64,000 nucleotides of DNA from Felis catus (lineage: Eukaryota), in the NCBI RefSeq assembly GCF_018350175.1, contig NC_058369.1, positions 7,070,001 to 7,134,000 on the forward strand. Reading direction: 5' to 3'. The notes under the pieces are model-generated. The model saw only the letters and a program-made list of their open reading frames with translations, was not told the origin of the DNA and ran no database searches. Every line of letters starts with the position of its first letter. The first letter of the stretch is position 1. Shown in pieces: positions 25,458-39,555 of this stretch. The translations under genes were made by a program, and so were the position numbers.

Positions 25458-28400
25458 ATAGTCAACTAATATTTAACAAGAGAACCAAGAACACTCAATG
25501 GGGAAAGGATATTCTTTTCAAAAAATAGTGTTGGGAAGGGGCATCTGGGTGGCTTAGTTGATTCACTCTTGATTTCAGCTCATGTTTTGCAAGATGGAGC
25601 CCCGTGTTGGGATCTGCACTGAAAGCATAGAGCCTGCTTGGGATTCTCTCTGCCTCTCTCTCTGCCCCTACCCAACTCACACTGTCTCAAAAAAAAAAAA
25701 AAAAAAAAGTTTGGAAAACTAAATTACTACATGCAGAGGAATAAAATTGGACCCTTATCTTACACTACTCACAAAAACGAACTTGAAATGGGTTAAAGAT
25801 TTAAACAGAGGACCTGAAAACATAAAACTCCTAGAAGAAAACATAGGGGAAAAAACTTCTTCACATTGGTCTGGCAGCAATTTCCTAAACAGGACACCAA
25901 AAGCACAAGCAACAAAAGCAAAAATAAGTAAGTGGGACTACATCAAAGTAAAATGTTCTGCACAGCAAAAGAAACAACAAATGCAAAAGCAACCATGGAA
26001 TGGGAAAATGAGAGGACATATTTGGAAATCATGTATCTGATAAAGAGTTAATATCCAAAATATATAAAGAACTCACACAACTCAAGGACTAATAATAATA
26101 ATAAATGGGCAGAGGAACCAAGCAAGCAGTTTTCTAAAAGTAGACTAACAAATAACCAATGGGTTCATGAAAATGCTTGACATCACTCATCATTAGGGAA
26201 ATGCAAATTGAAACCACAATGAGATATCAACTCAGACCTGTTAAAATTACTGTCTTCAAAGACACTATAACAAATGTTGGCAAAAGTAGAGAAAAGGGAA
26301 CCCATGTGCACTTTTGTGGGAATGTTCATCAGTACAAACACGATGGAAACGGCATGTGGATGTCTCAAAGTATTGAAAAGAGAACTAGCATATGATCCAG
26401 CAACCCCACTTCCAGGTATATATTCAAAAGAAATTAAAACAGGATCTCGAAGAGATATCTGTGCTCCCATGTTCATCGCAGCACTATTCACATTAGCCAA
26501 AATACAAAAATAATCTAAATGTCCTTCAACAGACAAACAGATAAAGAAGATGCAATATGTATCCATACACACAAAAGAGAATATTAGTCAGCAAAAAGAA
26601 AGAAGGAAATTTGGGGTGCCTGGGCGGCTCAGTGGGTTAAGTATCCAACTCCTGATCTTGGCTCAGGTCATGATCTCATGGTTCGAGTGTTCAAGCCCTG
26701 TGTTGGGCTCTGCAGTGACAGCATGGAGCCTGCTTGGGATTCTCTCTCTCTCTTCCTCTTTCTCTGCCCCTTCCCTGCTCACTTGCTTTCTCTCCTTCTC
26801 TCTCAAAAATAAATAAATAAACATTTTTTAAAAAGAAAGAAACAAGCAAATTCTGCCATTTGCAACATAGATGGACCTTGAGGACATGATGCTAAGTGAA
26901 ATAAGTCAGAGAAAGACAAATACTGCATACTATCTCTTATATGTGGAATCTAAAACAACCAAACTTAAACAAACAAAAAGTAAAAAACTGGTTACCAGGG
27001 GATAGAGGGTAGGGAAAATAGGGATATGTTGGCCAAAGGGCACAAACTTTCAGCTATCAGATAAATAAATTCTGAGGATCTAATGTACAGCATGATGACT
27101 GTACTATATCATATACTTGAAACTTGCTGAGAGAGTAGATCTTAAATGTTCTCACCACAAAAAAAGAAATGGTACTTATGTGAAATATGGAATCGTTAAC
27201 TATCTCTGTGGTTGTAAATCACTTTGCAATATATCAGTGTATCAAATCAATACACTGTACATTTTAAACTTACACAATGTTGTATGTCAATTATATCTCA
27301 ATAGAGTTGAAAAAAATATATCAACCTTAGGATATAATTATGATAATGATATCTATATTTATTTAGTTCTTACCATGAGCATATTGTCTTTTTATTTTTA
27401 CTTTTCTTTAAATTATTTTGTTAATGTTTATTTATTTTTGAGAGAGAGAGACAAATGTATGAGTTGGGGAGGAACAGAGAGAAAGGGAGACACAGAATGT
27501 GAAGCAAGCTCCAGGCTCTGAGCTGTCAGCACAGAGCCCGACGTGGGGCTTGAACTCATAGACTGCGAGATCATGACCTGAGCCAAAGTCGGACACTTAA
27601 CCGACTGAGCCACCCAGGTGCCCCCCCCCCTTTTGCTTTCCTGCTGTCTTTTTAATCCTAGAGTGCTTTCAGCTAAATATTACTTAAAATGAAGGATCAG
27701 AGGCCATGAAAGTTATAAAAATATATCCCAGTGCACTCAGCTAATGAGTTAGCTGATGGTGAAGTCAGAACTGATGTTACAAGTCAAATTTTGGCCTACA
27801 AAGCCTGAATGTTGGAACTATACACTGGCCTGTCAATATACTACAACAATCTGCCCTATCGATCCCTTACTATATCCTAAATTGTGTTCTATCATTACAT
27901 TTGATGATATCTTCTCAATCAGCCTCTCATTTAGATGCTCTTACTATCATAACTCTACAGATAAGAAATTAAATAGAAATATGTTATGTATCATACTCAA
28001 AGTCACACTGTTTGTAACATCAAGTTACTTATAAATTACTGGAATGTTTATTTAAATTAAGTTCCTTAATGTTATAATACGGATTACCATATACCATCTG
28101 ACTCTCCATGGCACAATTATATATAATTATTTCATGGCCTCAGAAGATAAACACTGTTGCACTTAATTTGCTGCTGAGGATTCTGAGGCTCAGAAAAGAA
28201 TTTTGACTTACTAATTTGCAAATTTTTGAGCCAATACCAGGCCATGGAGTATTTTCCTATCCCACATTTTTTTTCTAATGTCTGTGTTTCCTATTCTTTT
28301 TTGGGTTTTGGGGTTTGGGTTTTTTTTTTTATGTTTATTTATTTTTGAGAGAGATACAGAGTGTGAGCGTGGGAGGGGGAGGGGCAGAGAGAGAGGGAGA

Positions 28401-29836
28401 TACAGAATGCAAAGCAGGCCCCAGGCTCCAGGCTGTCAGCACAGAGCCTGATGCAGGGCTCAAACTCATGAACAAGATCTTGACCTGAGCCGAAGTCAGA
28501 CACTCAGCTGACTGAACCACCCAGTCTCCTTCTGTGTTTCCTATTCTAATCAAGTGTTGCCACACCACATTTAGATGGCTGTATGAATCTTCCAGTCTTT
28601 TCCCATGCTCAGCACTCTTCTAAATCTAAACCTAAAAACAAACAAACAAAACCAAAGTGCTGCCACTGGATAGAGTCTACCATCTGACAAAAAAGGCAGT
28701 ATCACTTTCCCCCTTACCAAGGTTCTTTGGCCATCACTTAGGTCTGCATAAATGGATAGGCAAATATAGAAATGTGGTAATTTTTCTTGGATGGTAACTT
28801 CCCGCTAACTGTTTTGGCTTCATCATCTGTCAATTTCATGCCTTTCTCCAATATCAAGTTCCTTATCCATGTAGTTGGTGGATGATTTTACCATAGAGGT
28901 AAAAGACAGGGTAAATTAAAGTAACTTTTGGACAGGTTTTCAGAGAACCAAGATTACTACCAATAAACTACGTATGACATTTCTAAGGAAAGATGGATAC
29001 CAAATGGAGCCCAAAGACTGATTTATCAATGACAGAAGACAAGACGGTAAGGCAACAAAGTGAAGTCCTAAACAGGCTGTTTGTTACCGGACAAAGAAAA
29101 GAGCTCACCTTTGCTGACAACATAAACCTTTGCTGCTGAGGATTTTTTAAAAAGGAGGACAAAGTACAATTTATTTATGATGAAATTTGTGACTTTATAA
29201 TCCTCAGACACCATTAGAGCCACTCATCTACTGGAAATATGGTTCCAGGACTTAGATCTCAGTTGTACATTCCTAAATCTATCTTTAAAACCACCTTTAT
29301 TTTATGAGCTCATTATGCAATATTCCAACTGCACACAACTTATTACACACCTTTCTCCTCATGTTGTAATTTAACATTCAGGGTTCGGTCAAGAAAAAAA
29401 AAATCAATGGATTATTTTAATAAAGAGAATTAAGTGTAGGTAGTTGAGTAAATAGCTACTTCAGGACAAAGCAAAAGATGGGAAAATGTGGTGACAGATG
29501 GAAGCCAATAAATACCAAGGGCTTAGGGTTTTGAGAGGTAGGAGTGAACTTTACTTAATTTTAGAGTGTAATATAATTTGCTGATCATTATTAAAAATAT
29601 GTAACAACTCATTTTTCATTTTTTTAATGTTTGTTTATTTTTGAGAGAGATAGAGACAGAGCATGAGTGGGGAGAGGGGGAGAGAGAGAGAGGGATACAC
29701 AGAATCCAAAGCAGTCTCCAGACTGAGCTGTCAGCATAGAGCCCAATGCAGGGCTTGAACTCATGAACTGTGAGATCATGACCTGAGCCGAAGTTGGGAC
29801 ACTCAACCGAGTCACCCAGGCGCCCCCAAATTATGC

Positions 29837-30030
29837 AATAACTCTTAACTGTAGAGAACAGACTGAGGGTTGCTGGAGGGGAGGTGGGTGGGGGGATGGG
29901 CCAAGTGGATGATGGGTACTAAGGAGGGCACTTGTTGTGATGAATCACCGAATTCTACACCTGAAACTAATATTGCACTATACATTAACTAACTGGAATT
30001 TAAGTAAAATTTTGGAGAAAGAAAAAAAAA
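29837..30030 (+). mobile_element. L1 3'UTR fragment
   Basis: 'gagaacagactgagggttgctggaggggaggtggg...acctgaaactaatattgcacta'. Confidence 0.8.
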
Positions 30031-30993
30031 ATATATATATATATATGGAAAACAAAGCAGGGATTTCAAGAGACCCACTCTAGCATTACAAGATAAGTAT
30101 AGAAGGATGAGTTTGGAGCAGAAAGAGTTAACAACCAGCACAAAGGAAAAGCTTATAGTGTTGAAGGACAATATATTTGAAGAAACCCATTGCTTCGATC
30201 TACAGTACGTTTTTTATAACTTAGCCCTTTGAGCTTGATCTCTTTAGCAACTCACAACTAAACCATCTTGGGTGCTTTTCAAAAAAATCCTCATACCTAG
30301 ACACACACCTGTCCAACTAAATCAGAATCTCTGGTGATGAGACTCAGTCATCATTAGTTATAAAACTTCTCAGCGTATTCTATAAAATCCATGATTGGGG
30401 GGTGCCTGGGTGGCTCAGTCGGTTAAGTGTCCGACTTCAGCTCAGGTCATGATCTCACCATTCATGAGTTTGACCCCACACTGGGCTCCGCACTGACAGT
30501 GCAGAGGCTGCTTGGGATTCTATCTCCCTCTGTCAGTTCCTCCTCCACTTGTGTGTTCATGTTCTCTCTCTCTGTCAAAATAAATAAACTTTTTAAAAAA
30601 ATCCAAGATTGAGGGCCAGTAATGGCATATTTAGACATTACCCAGATAAATACCTTTGACAGATGCAAAATTTGTATGGAAAATAAACAGAAACCATGGG
30701 AAAGGATATAAATTTTAAGTATATAAAAGGAAGAATGCACCCTGGATACCAGGGTCATTGAGGAGAACTTCTCATGCATTCATTATGATGCACAAAGCGT
30801 CCCAGAATACTCCTCCAATCCAATTAAAAACAAATTTTAAAAAATAGTATTCATGTATGAAATATGAAGAGGAATGAAAACCATGAGACTTAAAAAATAA
30901 TGGGGCCCAGAAAGCAGTATTTGCTGATCTACATGTTTGGTTTGGCTGATTTTTTCAACACACACTTCAAAAAGGAATGCACACATACTGAGA

Positions 30994-31933
30994 TTAACCT
31001 AGTCTTCTGAGTGACCTCCATAGGGCACTCTTGATGTCCCTGTTCCTCAAGCTGTAAATGAAGGGGTTCAGCATGGGGGTGACTACAGTGTACACAACTG
31101 AGGCCACCATATCCTTCCTGGGAGAAGGCAACAGTGCTGATCCAAGGTATACTCCAATAGCCGTTCCATAAAATAAGCAAACAACTGACAGGTGAGAGCC
31201 ACAGGTGGAGAAGGCTTTGTACTTCCCACCTGTTGATGGGATTCTCAGAATGGAAGAAACAATTTTATAGTAAGAGAAAAAGATCCCTGAGATAGGGAGA
31301 AAGCCAGAGATGACACCAACAAAATACATGACTACGTTATTGGTGAAAGTGTCAGAGCAGGCAAGGTTGAGGAGTTGAGAAGGGTCACAGAAGAAATTAG
31401 AAATTTCCACATCCTTGAAACAGGTAAGTTGCAACACGATTAAATTGTGCAACTGGGAGTCCAAAAGGCTCACACAAAAGGACACCAAAACTAAGAAGCC
31501 ACAGAGATGTGGGTTCATGATGACTGAGTAGTGTAGAGGATGACAGATGGCCACAAATCGGTCATATGCCATTGCAGTCAGAAACATACCATCCATACAT
31601 CCAAAAAGGATCAAAAAAGACATCTGAGTCAGGCAGCCCACATAGGAGATGACTCTGCTCTGAGTTTGGATGTCCACAATCATCTTAGGGACAGTGGTGG
31701 AGATGAATCCGATGTCAGCCAAGGACAGGTTGGAGAGGAAGAAGTACATGGGGGTGTGGAGGTGAGAGTCAGAACTGACAACCAGAATGATGAGCAGGTT
31801 TCCAAGCACACTGACCAGGTACATGGACAGGAAGAGCCCAAAGAGGAGGGGCTGCAGTCCTGGATTATCTGAGAGTCCCGTGAGGAAGAATTCGGAGACA
31901 CTTGTTAGATTTTGTTCTATGTAGCTTTGACAC
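30994..31933 (-). CDS. OR7E-like olfactory receptor, paralog C, main coding exon (exon 2)
   Basis: Frame is open from the acceptor (ttttgttttctaaAG|G TGT, 31933) through [22 protein letters not shown] to the stop at 30994. No ATG before TM1 and an in-frame TAA at 31938-31936 in the intron, so it needs the exon at 34642-34670 (322 aa spliced). Confidence 0.9.
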
Positions 31934-33350
31934 CTTTAGAAAACAAAAAGAGGGTTGGAGAAAGGAAACAAGTAAATGGGCATCCAGCACTGTGTCCATG
32001 TTGTATATTCAAGCAATTCACAAGTAAAATATTCATACTTGTAGACATGCACCCTAGTGCTTTTAGAAATATTTTTCAATAACACATCACATTTCTTAGA
32101 ACTCTTTCCTCATTGGTTTCACATTATTCACCTCTCTATATATACATTTACTTTAGAGAAATTCAACTGAAGAGTGTCAGAGGAGCAAGAACATAAGAGG
32201 TAATAAACCATGATCACAGTAAACAAGCCTACTTCTTTAAGAGAAACCACAGAATAAGACAACAATCACTCTAATTTAAAGAAATGGAGATGCAGCTAAA
32301 TAGATCTTTCTTCACTCAAATGCAATGCTAGATATTCTCTTCATTTAGAGTATTCATAAACACCCCATGAAAGGCAGGACTGTGTGATTTGGATTCTGTA
32401 TTAAAGTTCAATATTCATAATCAGAAAATATTTTCTTAGTTATATTCATGAGTTTTATCATTTTTTGATTTTCTTTCTTCTCTCCTTCATGGAGGTAAGC
32501 AATGATTTGATGTTGGTTGTCTTTTAAAAGTCATTTCATATGTAATTTCTATCCTTGGCTTTGGTGGACTTCAAATTTTGAAAAACACAGTTTAGTTAAG
32601 TATGTATAATCATCCAACATTGATGACTATGAAGATAGTTTCTTCTTTGCTTCTGTGAACAATGGAAAGGTTTACCCTACATTTAACAGAGATTTTTAAA
32701 TTTTTGACGGCTCCCCTGTGTCAAAAAGGTATAGACTCCGGGGATTCAGAAATAAATGAGACTTGGTTGTTTCTCTCCATATGTGAAAGATATACTTGTG
32801 TAAACAAAAGTAAAATGTACTGTTAGAACTGTAGGGAAATCATAACCTCAGGTCATCAGATATTTAAGTCCAATTACATGATAGTTTACCTTATCATTAT
32901 TAGTAATAAAAATTCTAAAATTTAATTTGCCCTTACTTTATGCACTCATCACATACTTATTGCATAGAGGGCATCCTTTGTTTGTTTAATCCTTTTTCAG
33001 TTGAGTTGTACCAATTAGGGATCAACTTAGACAACAATTCTAAGTCTCAGAGATACCAAGAACTTGACCTATAACACACTAATAATAAGTGGAGCAGACA
33101 GGATTCAAAATTAAATTGTTATTCTCTGAGTCCCATGAACTTCCTTGTCTCTATAATTTCTGAAAGTTTTCAACCGAGGTACAGAGATTTTAACTATAGG
33201 TACATCTGAGACATATTTTTTAACTGTTTTCAGTTTCCTAGGTAGAAATAGACCCAAGACTCTGACTTTGTCTCCTTTTGTGATTGAGTAGGCTTATTAT
33301 AAGAATGGTAGAGGAAGTGGACAGTTGAAGGGAAATCCAGGAACAGGGCC

Positions 33351-33386
<36 letters not shown>

Positions 33387-33666
33387 CCCCTGAAGAACTG
33401 TGTGCCAACTCTCTAAGATCATTGCCTGTGATCTCAGCCATTCTTCCCATAGTTGATGCAGGAAGTTGACTGCTCTCCAACTGGGGTCTACCAGAAACCC
33501 CTAAAGGGAAGAGCAAGAAGTCTCTGCCAGGACTGACAAGGAAGTGAAATGACCATTTTGGGTTGTCGGGGGCGGGGAATACTGGTCTGATGTTCAGATT
33601 CAAACATGGCATCAACACTTTCTGACTTATGACCTGCTACAAGTTACATAAAATTCTGTTCTCCTT

Positions 33667-33896
33667 GGGGCGCCTGGGTGGCTCAGTCGCTTGGGCAACT
33701 GACTTCGGCTCAGGTCATGATCTCGCTGTCTGTGAGTTCGAGCCCCGCGTCGGGCTCTGTGCTGACAGCTCAGAGCCTGGAGCCTGTTTCGGATTCTGTG
33801 TCTCCCTCTCTCTCTGCCCCTCCCCTGTTCATGCTCTGTCTCTCTCTGTCTCAAAAATAAATAAACATAAAAAAAAATTAAAAAATTAAAAAAAAT
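33667..33896 (+). mobile_element. Can-SINE (SINEC_Fc-like)
   Basis: Canonical; flanking repeat aaaatt(c/a)tgttctcctt. Confidence 0.92.
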
Positions 33897-34234
33897 TATG
33901 TTCTCCTTTCTCCTTATATAAAATAATAATAATAATGTGTGTATTTATCATTTGGGACAACTTATGCAGGTGAAATCAAACAAGATACATAAAATACATA
34001 TCTCAGAGCCTGGCACTTAGGAAGCCCCCAGTACTATGGAAGTACTTAGGAAGCCCCCAGCACACTATGTTGTGGTTAATGGTTAATGTCATCCTCCTCC
34101 TTGTAATCATCATAATCTCCTTCATGATCATTTTGGAGTAGCTTAGGAAAAGGCTAGAGAGATCCATCTGCGGCTATATGGTGGGGCAGATGTCAACAAG
34201 AGCCAGAACCAGTGAGAGGTGGAAGCAGAACTGT

Positions 34235-34449
34235 TTTTTAATTTTTTTTAATGTTTATTTATTTTTGAAAGAGAGAGACAGAGTGCAAGTGGGGGAGGCG
34301 CAGAGACAGAGGGAGACACAGAATCTGAAGCAGGGTCCAGGCTCAGAGCGGTCAGCGCAGAGCCCGACTTGGGGCTTGAACCAAGAACTGCAAGATCATG
34401 ACCTGAGCTGAAGCCGGAAGCTTAACCGACAGACTCACCCAGGTGCCCC
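34235..34449 (-). mobile_element. Can-SINE
   Basis: Reverse-complement canonical sequence. Confidence 0.9.
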
Positions 34450-34641
34450 AGAAGAACTCTTAATGAGAATTCTCACACCTCCACCAGAACCAAGAAAATA
34501 AATTTCACAGAGCTCTCATCTGAAGGTTTATATAATGATGCCCTCCCATCTGTCTATCCCAAGCATCATCATGTTTGTGTTGTTGAGGAAAAAATGTTCC
34601 TGATGGTCCCTCCTCCAATCACTGTCCCCTTCAGCACTTAC

Positions 34642-34670
34642 TGGGCGGGAATGCATCTCTGCTGGAGCAT
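34642..34670 (-). CDS. Predicted coding part of exon 1 of paralog C (MLQQRCIPA + 2 nt)
   Basis: ATG 34670 (atcATG) is the first ATG downstream of the promoter block; donor CCA|GTAAGT (intron starts 34641); 29 nt is phase 2, matching the acceptor at 31933. Confidence 0.75.
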
Positions 34671-34844
34671 GATGGAGGAGTACAGGTCTCCTGTTGGGTG
34701 TATGATGAAGGTTCACAGTCCCTCCTCAGGACAGGCAGGAAGACAGACTTGGCTGGGACCTTCTTATGCAGATGCCCACAAGGGGAGGAGACACAGGTAT
34801 GGAGCCACTGTATTAGAACTGTCAAACTAAACAGCTGGAGGCAC

Positions 34845-35020
34845 CTGCCAATTATTTACAACTGTATGACTTTGGAGGCTCAATACACAAAGCTTATAAT
34901 TAGCCAATTGGTCCATGTTGTCCCGATCTCTAAGGACTTGCTAATGTTAATAGAAGAGAAAGGGGAACAAAGGAGTATCTTTAGAAGGGTCTAGGTCCTT
35001 CCTCTCCTCTGGAAGAAGTT
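34845..35020 (-). promoter_or_regulatory. Putative OR promoter of paralog C
   Basis: TAATTAG 34897-34903; O/E-like TCTCTAAGGA 34927-34936. Confidence 0.65.
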
Positions 35021-35899
35021 CAGCTCTACTCCTTGCTTCTTACTTCCAGGTTGTAGGATCTTAACATAAAATTCAGACTTTATTTTCAATTGAATCACTC
35101 AATATGAGATTTTGATATCTGTAAATCCATTATATATGAATCATGAAATCTAGGCAGAATTAGGTCTTCTATACAGAGAATGTGATACTATTTCCATTTT
35201 CTCAGTCAATAGTTGCCCTTGTCTTTTATTTTTTTTATTTACGTTTATTTTTGAGATAGAGAGACAGAGTGTGAGCAGGGGAGGAGCAGTCAGGGAGACA
35301 CAGAATCTGAAGCAGTCTTCAGGTTCTGAGCTGTCAGCGCAGAGCCTGGTGGGGGGCTTGAACCCACAACAGTGAGATCATGACCTAGAACTGAAGTCAG
35401 ACGCTTAACTGGCTGAGCCACCCAGGTGCCCCAGTTAATAGTTGTCTCTAAAGATAACTTCTTATTTTCATTTTTTAGCTCTTACTTGGGTCAGCATTTT
35501 TTTTAAGTTTTTTTTTTTTTTTGAGAGAAAAAGAGAGAGAGAAAGCACATGTGGGGGGAGGAGCAGAGAGAAGGAGAGGCAGAATCTCAAGCAGGCTTCA
35601 CACCATGATCACAGAGCCTGATGTGGGGTTTGAACTCACAAACTGTGAGATCATGATCTGAGCCAAGATCAAGAGTGGGTCACTTAACCGACTGAGCCAC
35701 CCAGGTGCCCCAGGTTGGCATTTTATATGTTGGAGATTCACAGGGTTATTTTTATTTTTTGGCTAATTTGAATGAGACTTTAGTTCTCTTTTTTTCTCTC
35801 TCTCTCTAATTGAGTTACACTGATATATTAGGAAACTATTGATTCTTACATATTTATTTGGTAACTGATATTTTACTTCAATACTTTAGAGAGCCTCTC

Positions 35900-36315
35900 A
35901 TAATGTTATAATCAAGGTGTTGGCCAAGGCTGTTATCATCTCAAGTCTTGACAGGCAGAAACCCATTTACAAGCTCATTCATGGGCCATTGGTAGGATTC
36001 ACATGTTTGCAGGCTGTTGGCCAAAGAATTCCCTAAGTTCCTTCACACTCAGGCCTCTTGATGGGGCAGTTCATAACATGGCAATTGGGTTCCATCAACA
36101 TGATCAACTGAAAGAGTGAGAGAGAGGCGGTAGGAAGAAATCTTTTTTTTTTTTCACCCTATTCCCAAAAGTGACTTCCCAACATTTCTTCCACTTTCTC
36201 ATTGTTGGAAGTGAGTGGCTATGTCTATTTCACACTCAGGGGGAGGGAAATACACAAGAACCAGAAAACCAGGAGTTGGGGATCATTGGAAACATCTCAA
36301 GTACTGCTTATCACA
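35900..36315 (-). mobile_element. MLT1-type MaLR LTR relic (duplicate of 23225-23637)
   Basis: Same motifs and same position relative to the promoter as in paralog B. Confidence 0.65.
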
Positions 36316-37399
36316 CCAGTCTCATCCTCCATAAGAACTTTGTGCTCCAAGCACTTCAAGACTCAGGTCATTTCTGTCTGCTTTCCAGTATAGTCCCGAA
36401 TTTGTCACACAACAAAAATTCCTAGGAGACACACTGGCAAATGGGTAGAACGTGTTCTCCATTGGGCACTTCTGCAGACCCCACTTTACTGCTTCTGGTC
36501 ATGCCATCTCAAGTAGACTCCTTGGTTTCTGTTGCACCATGAGAGCCCCTCCACCAACTTTAAGCCAACTTGCAGCTATTCCATGGCCAAATTTAACAAA
36601 TATCCCCAGCGGTTCTGATTTCTGCCAACTAGAGAGGAATCAACTCACTCTAGAATCTATTTTCTTTAGATTTCTGTGTTCTCGGCTTTTAAAGACATAA
36701 ATTGTGGTTTTGGTTTATCTGTTGTTTTTTTTTTCTAGTGAATAAAGTGACATGTATGTGGATAGTGGGATGTAACCTTCTAAATTCCCTCTAAGCATCC
36801 TTCCTGACTCAGAGATCTCTCTGCTGAGGAATATGGAGATTAGTTTGTCATTAAGTGATATGAAGAAAACTTTAGGGTATACCCAATCAAACTGGATACT
36901 GGAAAGAATGCTATTTACCTGTGTGTGGATAAATGACAGAAGGTATTTTTAGGGGAGAGCACACGACAGATAAGTAGAGGTAGATATGAGAGGGAGAGGT
37001 GGAGTGTTAAGGCATTTAGAATAGTTAGCCCATAGAAAAACTGTGTTATTAAACTGAAGTTATTTCAGAGTAGGGTGTATAAAGACATTAGTAGGGGGAA
37101 AGGATACTAGGGTCATGATAAAGATGAATTTATAGGACACAGAATAGGAAAACCAAAGGCATTTATGTTTGTGTAGTAAAATGTGATATGTGCTTTCTTC
37201 TTTTCCAGTTTCCAATTCCCGCTGCCATGATGAGTAGTGGCCAAATGGCAAGTAGGTAGAAGAAATGTATTGGAGAAGGAGAAGGTGAGTATTGGGGCCT
37301 TTTAATATTTGGGCAGTAGCAAAAATATTATTAAACTGAAGTCAGCATAGTGGGTAGAGGAGATGAGATATTAGTGTCACTGCCAAAAATGAGTATAGA

Positions 37400-39085
37400 G
37401 GACGTGATATATCCAACAAAGGGGTCAATTTCCAAAATATGTAAAGAAATTATACAACTTAACACCCAAAAATTTTTTTTCAATTAAAAATGGGCATTTT
37501 TCCAAAGAAGACATAAGATGACCAACAAACACATAAAAGTATGCTGACCATCACTAATCACCAGGGAAATGCAAATTACTTGATACCTGTCAGAAGGGCT
37601 AAAATCAAAAACATAAGAAGTAACAAGTATTATTGAGGACATGGAGAAAAAGGAAACCTCCTGCACTGTTTGTGGGAATGCAAATTGGAGCACTCACTGT
37701 GGAACCGTATTCTAAAAATAGCATTGCCATATGATCCAGCAATTCCACTACTGGGTATTTACCCAAAGAAAATGAAAACACTAATTTGAAAAGATATTTG
37801 TATTCCCAAATACATATTAAAAACACAATGAGATATTTTACACCTTTCAGAATTGCTAAAATTAACGATGCAGGAAACAACAGATGTTGGTGAGAATGTG
37901 GAGAAAGGGGAACACTTTTCCACCGTTGGTGGGAATGCAAACTGGTTCAGCCACTCTAGGAAACAGTATGGAGGTTCCTCAAAAAATCAAAATAGAACTA
38001 CCCTACGACCCAGCAATTGCATGACTAGGTATTTTTCCATAGGATACAAAAATGCTGATTTGAAGGGGCATATGCATCCCAGTGTATAGCAGTGCTATCA
38101 ACAATAGCCAAATTATGGAAAAACCCCAAATATCCATAGACTGATGAATGGATAAAGAAGGTGTGGTATGTATAAACAATGGAATATTACTTGGCAATAA
38201 GAATCAAATCTTGCCATTTGCAACAACGTGGATGGAAATAGAGCAAAATAGGTCAGTCAGAGAGAGACAAATATCATATGACTTCACTCATGTGTGGAAT
38301 TTAAGAAACAAAGGAGATGAACATAGGGGAAGGGAAGGAAAAATAAAATAAGATAAAAACAGAGAGGGAGGCAACCCATAAGAGATTCTTAAGTGCAGAG
38401 AACAAACTGAGACTTGCTGGAGGGGAGGTGGGTAGGGGGATGGGCTAGATGGGTGATGGGTATTAAGGAGGGCACTTGTTGGGATGGACACTGGGTGTTA
38501 TATGTAAGTGACGAATCACTAAATTCTACTTTTAAAACCAATACTACACAATATGTTAACTAATTTGAATTTAAATTAATTAGTTAATTTTAAAAAATAT
38601 ATTTGCACCCCTCTGTTTGTTGCAGTATTATTTATAATAGCCAAGGTATAGAAGCAACTCAAATGTCCATCAACAGATGAATGGATAAAGAAGATCTGGT
38701 ATATTTATATATAATGGAATATTATTCAGCCATAAAAAAGGCAGTGTAATCTTGCCATTTCCAACAACATGGATGGACCTACGGGGTTTAATGTTAAGTG
38801 AAATAAGTCAAAACAAATACCATATGAATTTACCCATATGTGGAATTTAAGAAACAAAACAAATGAACAAACAAAAACATGAACAAGAAAACAGACTTTT
38901 AAATACAGAGAACAAACTGGTGATTGCCAGAGGAGAGGTGGGTGAGAGGATGGGTGAAATAGATAAAGGGGGTTAAGAGTACACTTATCACAATGAGCAC
39001 TGAGTAATGTATGAATTGTTGAATAATTATAATGTACACCTGAAACTAATATAACACTGTATGTTAATTATACTTGAATATAAAT
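37400..39085 (+). mobile_element. Nested L1 3' fragments (younger L1 about 37810-38590 inside an older L1)
   Basis: Two successive ORF2-end/3'UTR series; the older element breaks at 'gatatttgtattccc' and resumes at 'atatttgcacccc'. Confidence 0.82.
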
Positions 39086-39555
39086 GAAAGAAAGAAAGGA
39101 TAAATGGGATAAATGAATGAATGAATGAATGAATGAATGAATATCAAGTTTGACAACCAGTGACATGAATCCTCCCACATAACCTGATTGGAAAAATGAG
39201 AAATCTTTATGGAAAATACACAAGAACTGTGGGGGAAATGTGATTTATATGTATAAAAAGAGAACCTCTCATCTTTCTGGGGTGCTTGGATCACCAATGC
39301 TAAAGCACAGAATCTCCACAGATATAATAGGATTCAGTCATGCAATGATTATGATATACAAAGGACCCCAGAATATTTTCTCTGTCCCATTGAAGACATA
39401 TGAAAAAAAGCAATATGGAAATGTTCAGCAAGGAGAGGGGTGAAAGCCACGACAGCTAAAAAAATGATATGGTGAGAGAGGTAGGATTTGCAAGTCTAGG
39501 TTAGTTTTGCTGCATTTTCCTACCTACACTCCAAATGGACAGCACAGTATTGAGA

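Larger units (their letters stand above)
24447..27320 (+). mobile_element. Old, internally deleted carnivore L1 (5' remnant plus ORF2 3' part and 3'UTR), interrupted by four Can-SINEs
   Basis: 5'-like 'tccaagatgg' at about 24447; ORF2 peptides DPYLTLLTKTNLKWVKDLN and YDPATPLPGIYSKEIK; L1 3'UTR ending about 27315. Confidence 0.8.
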
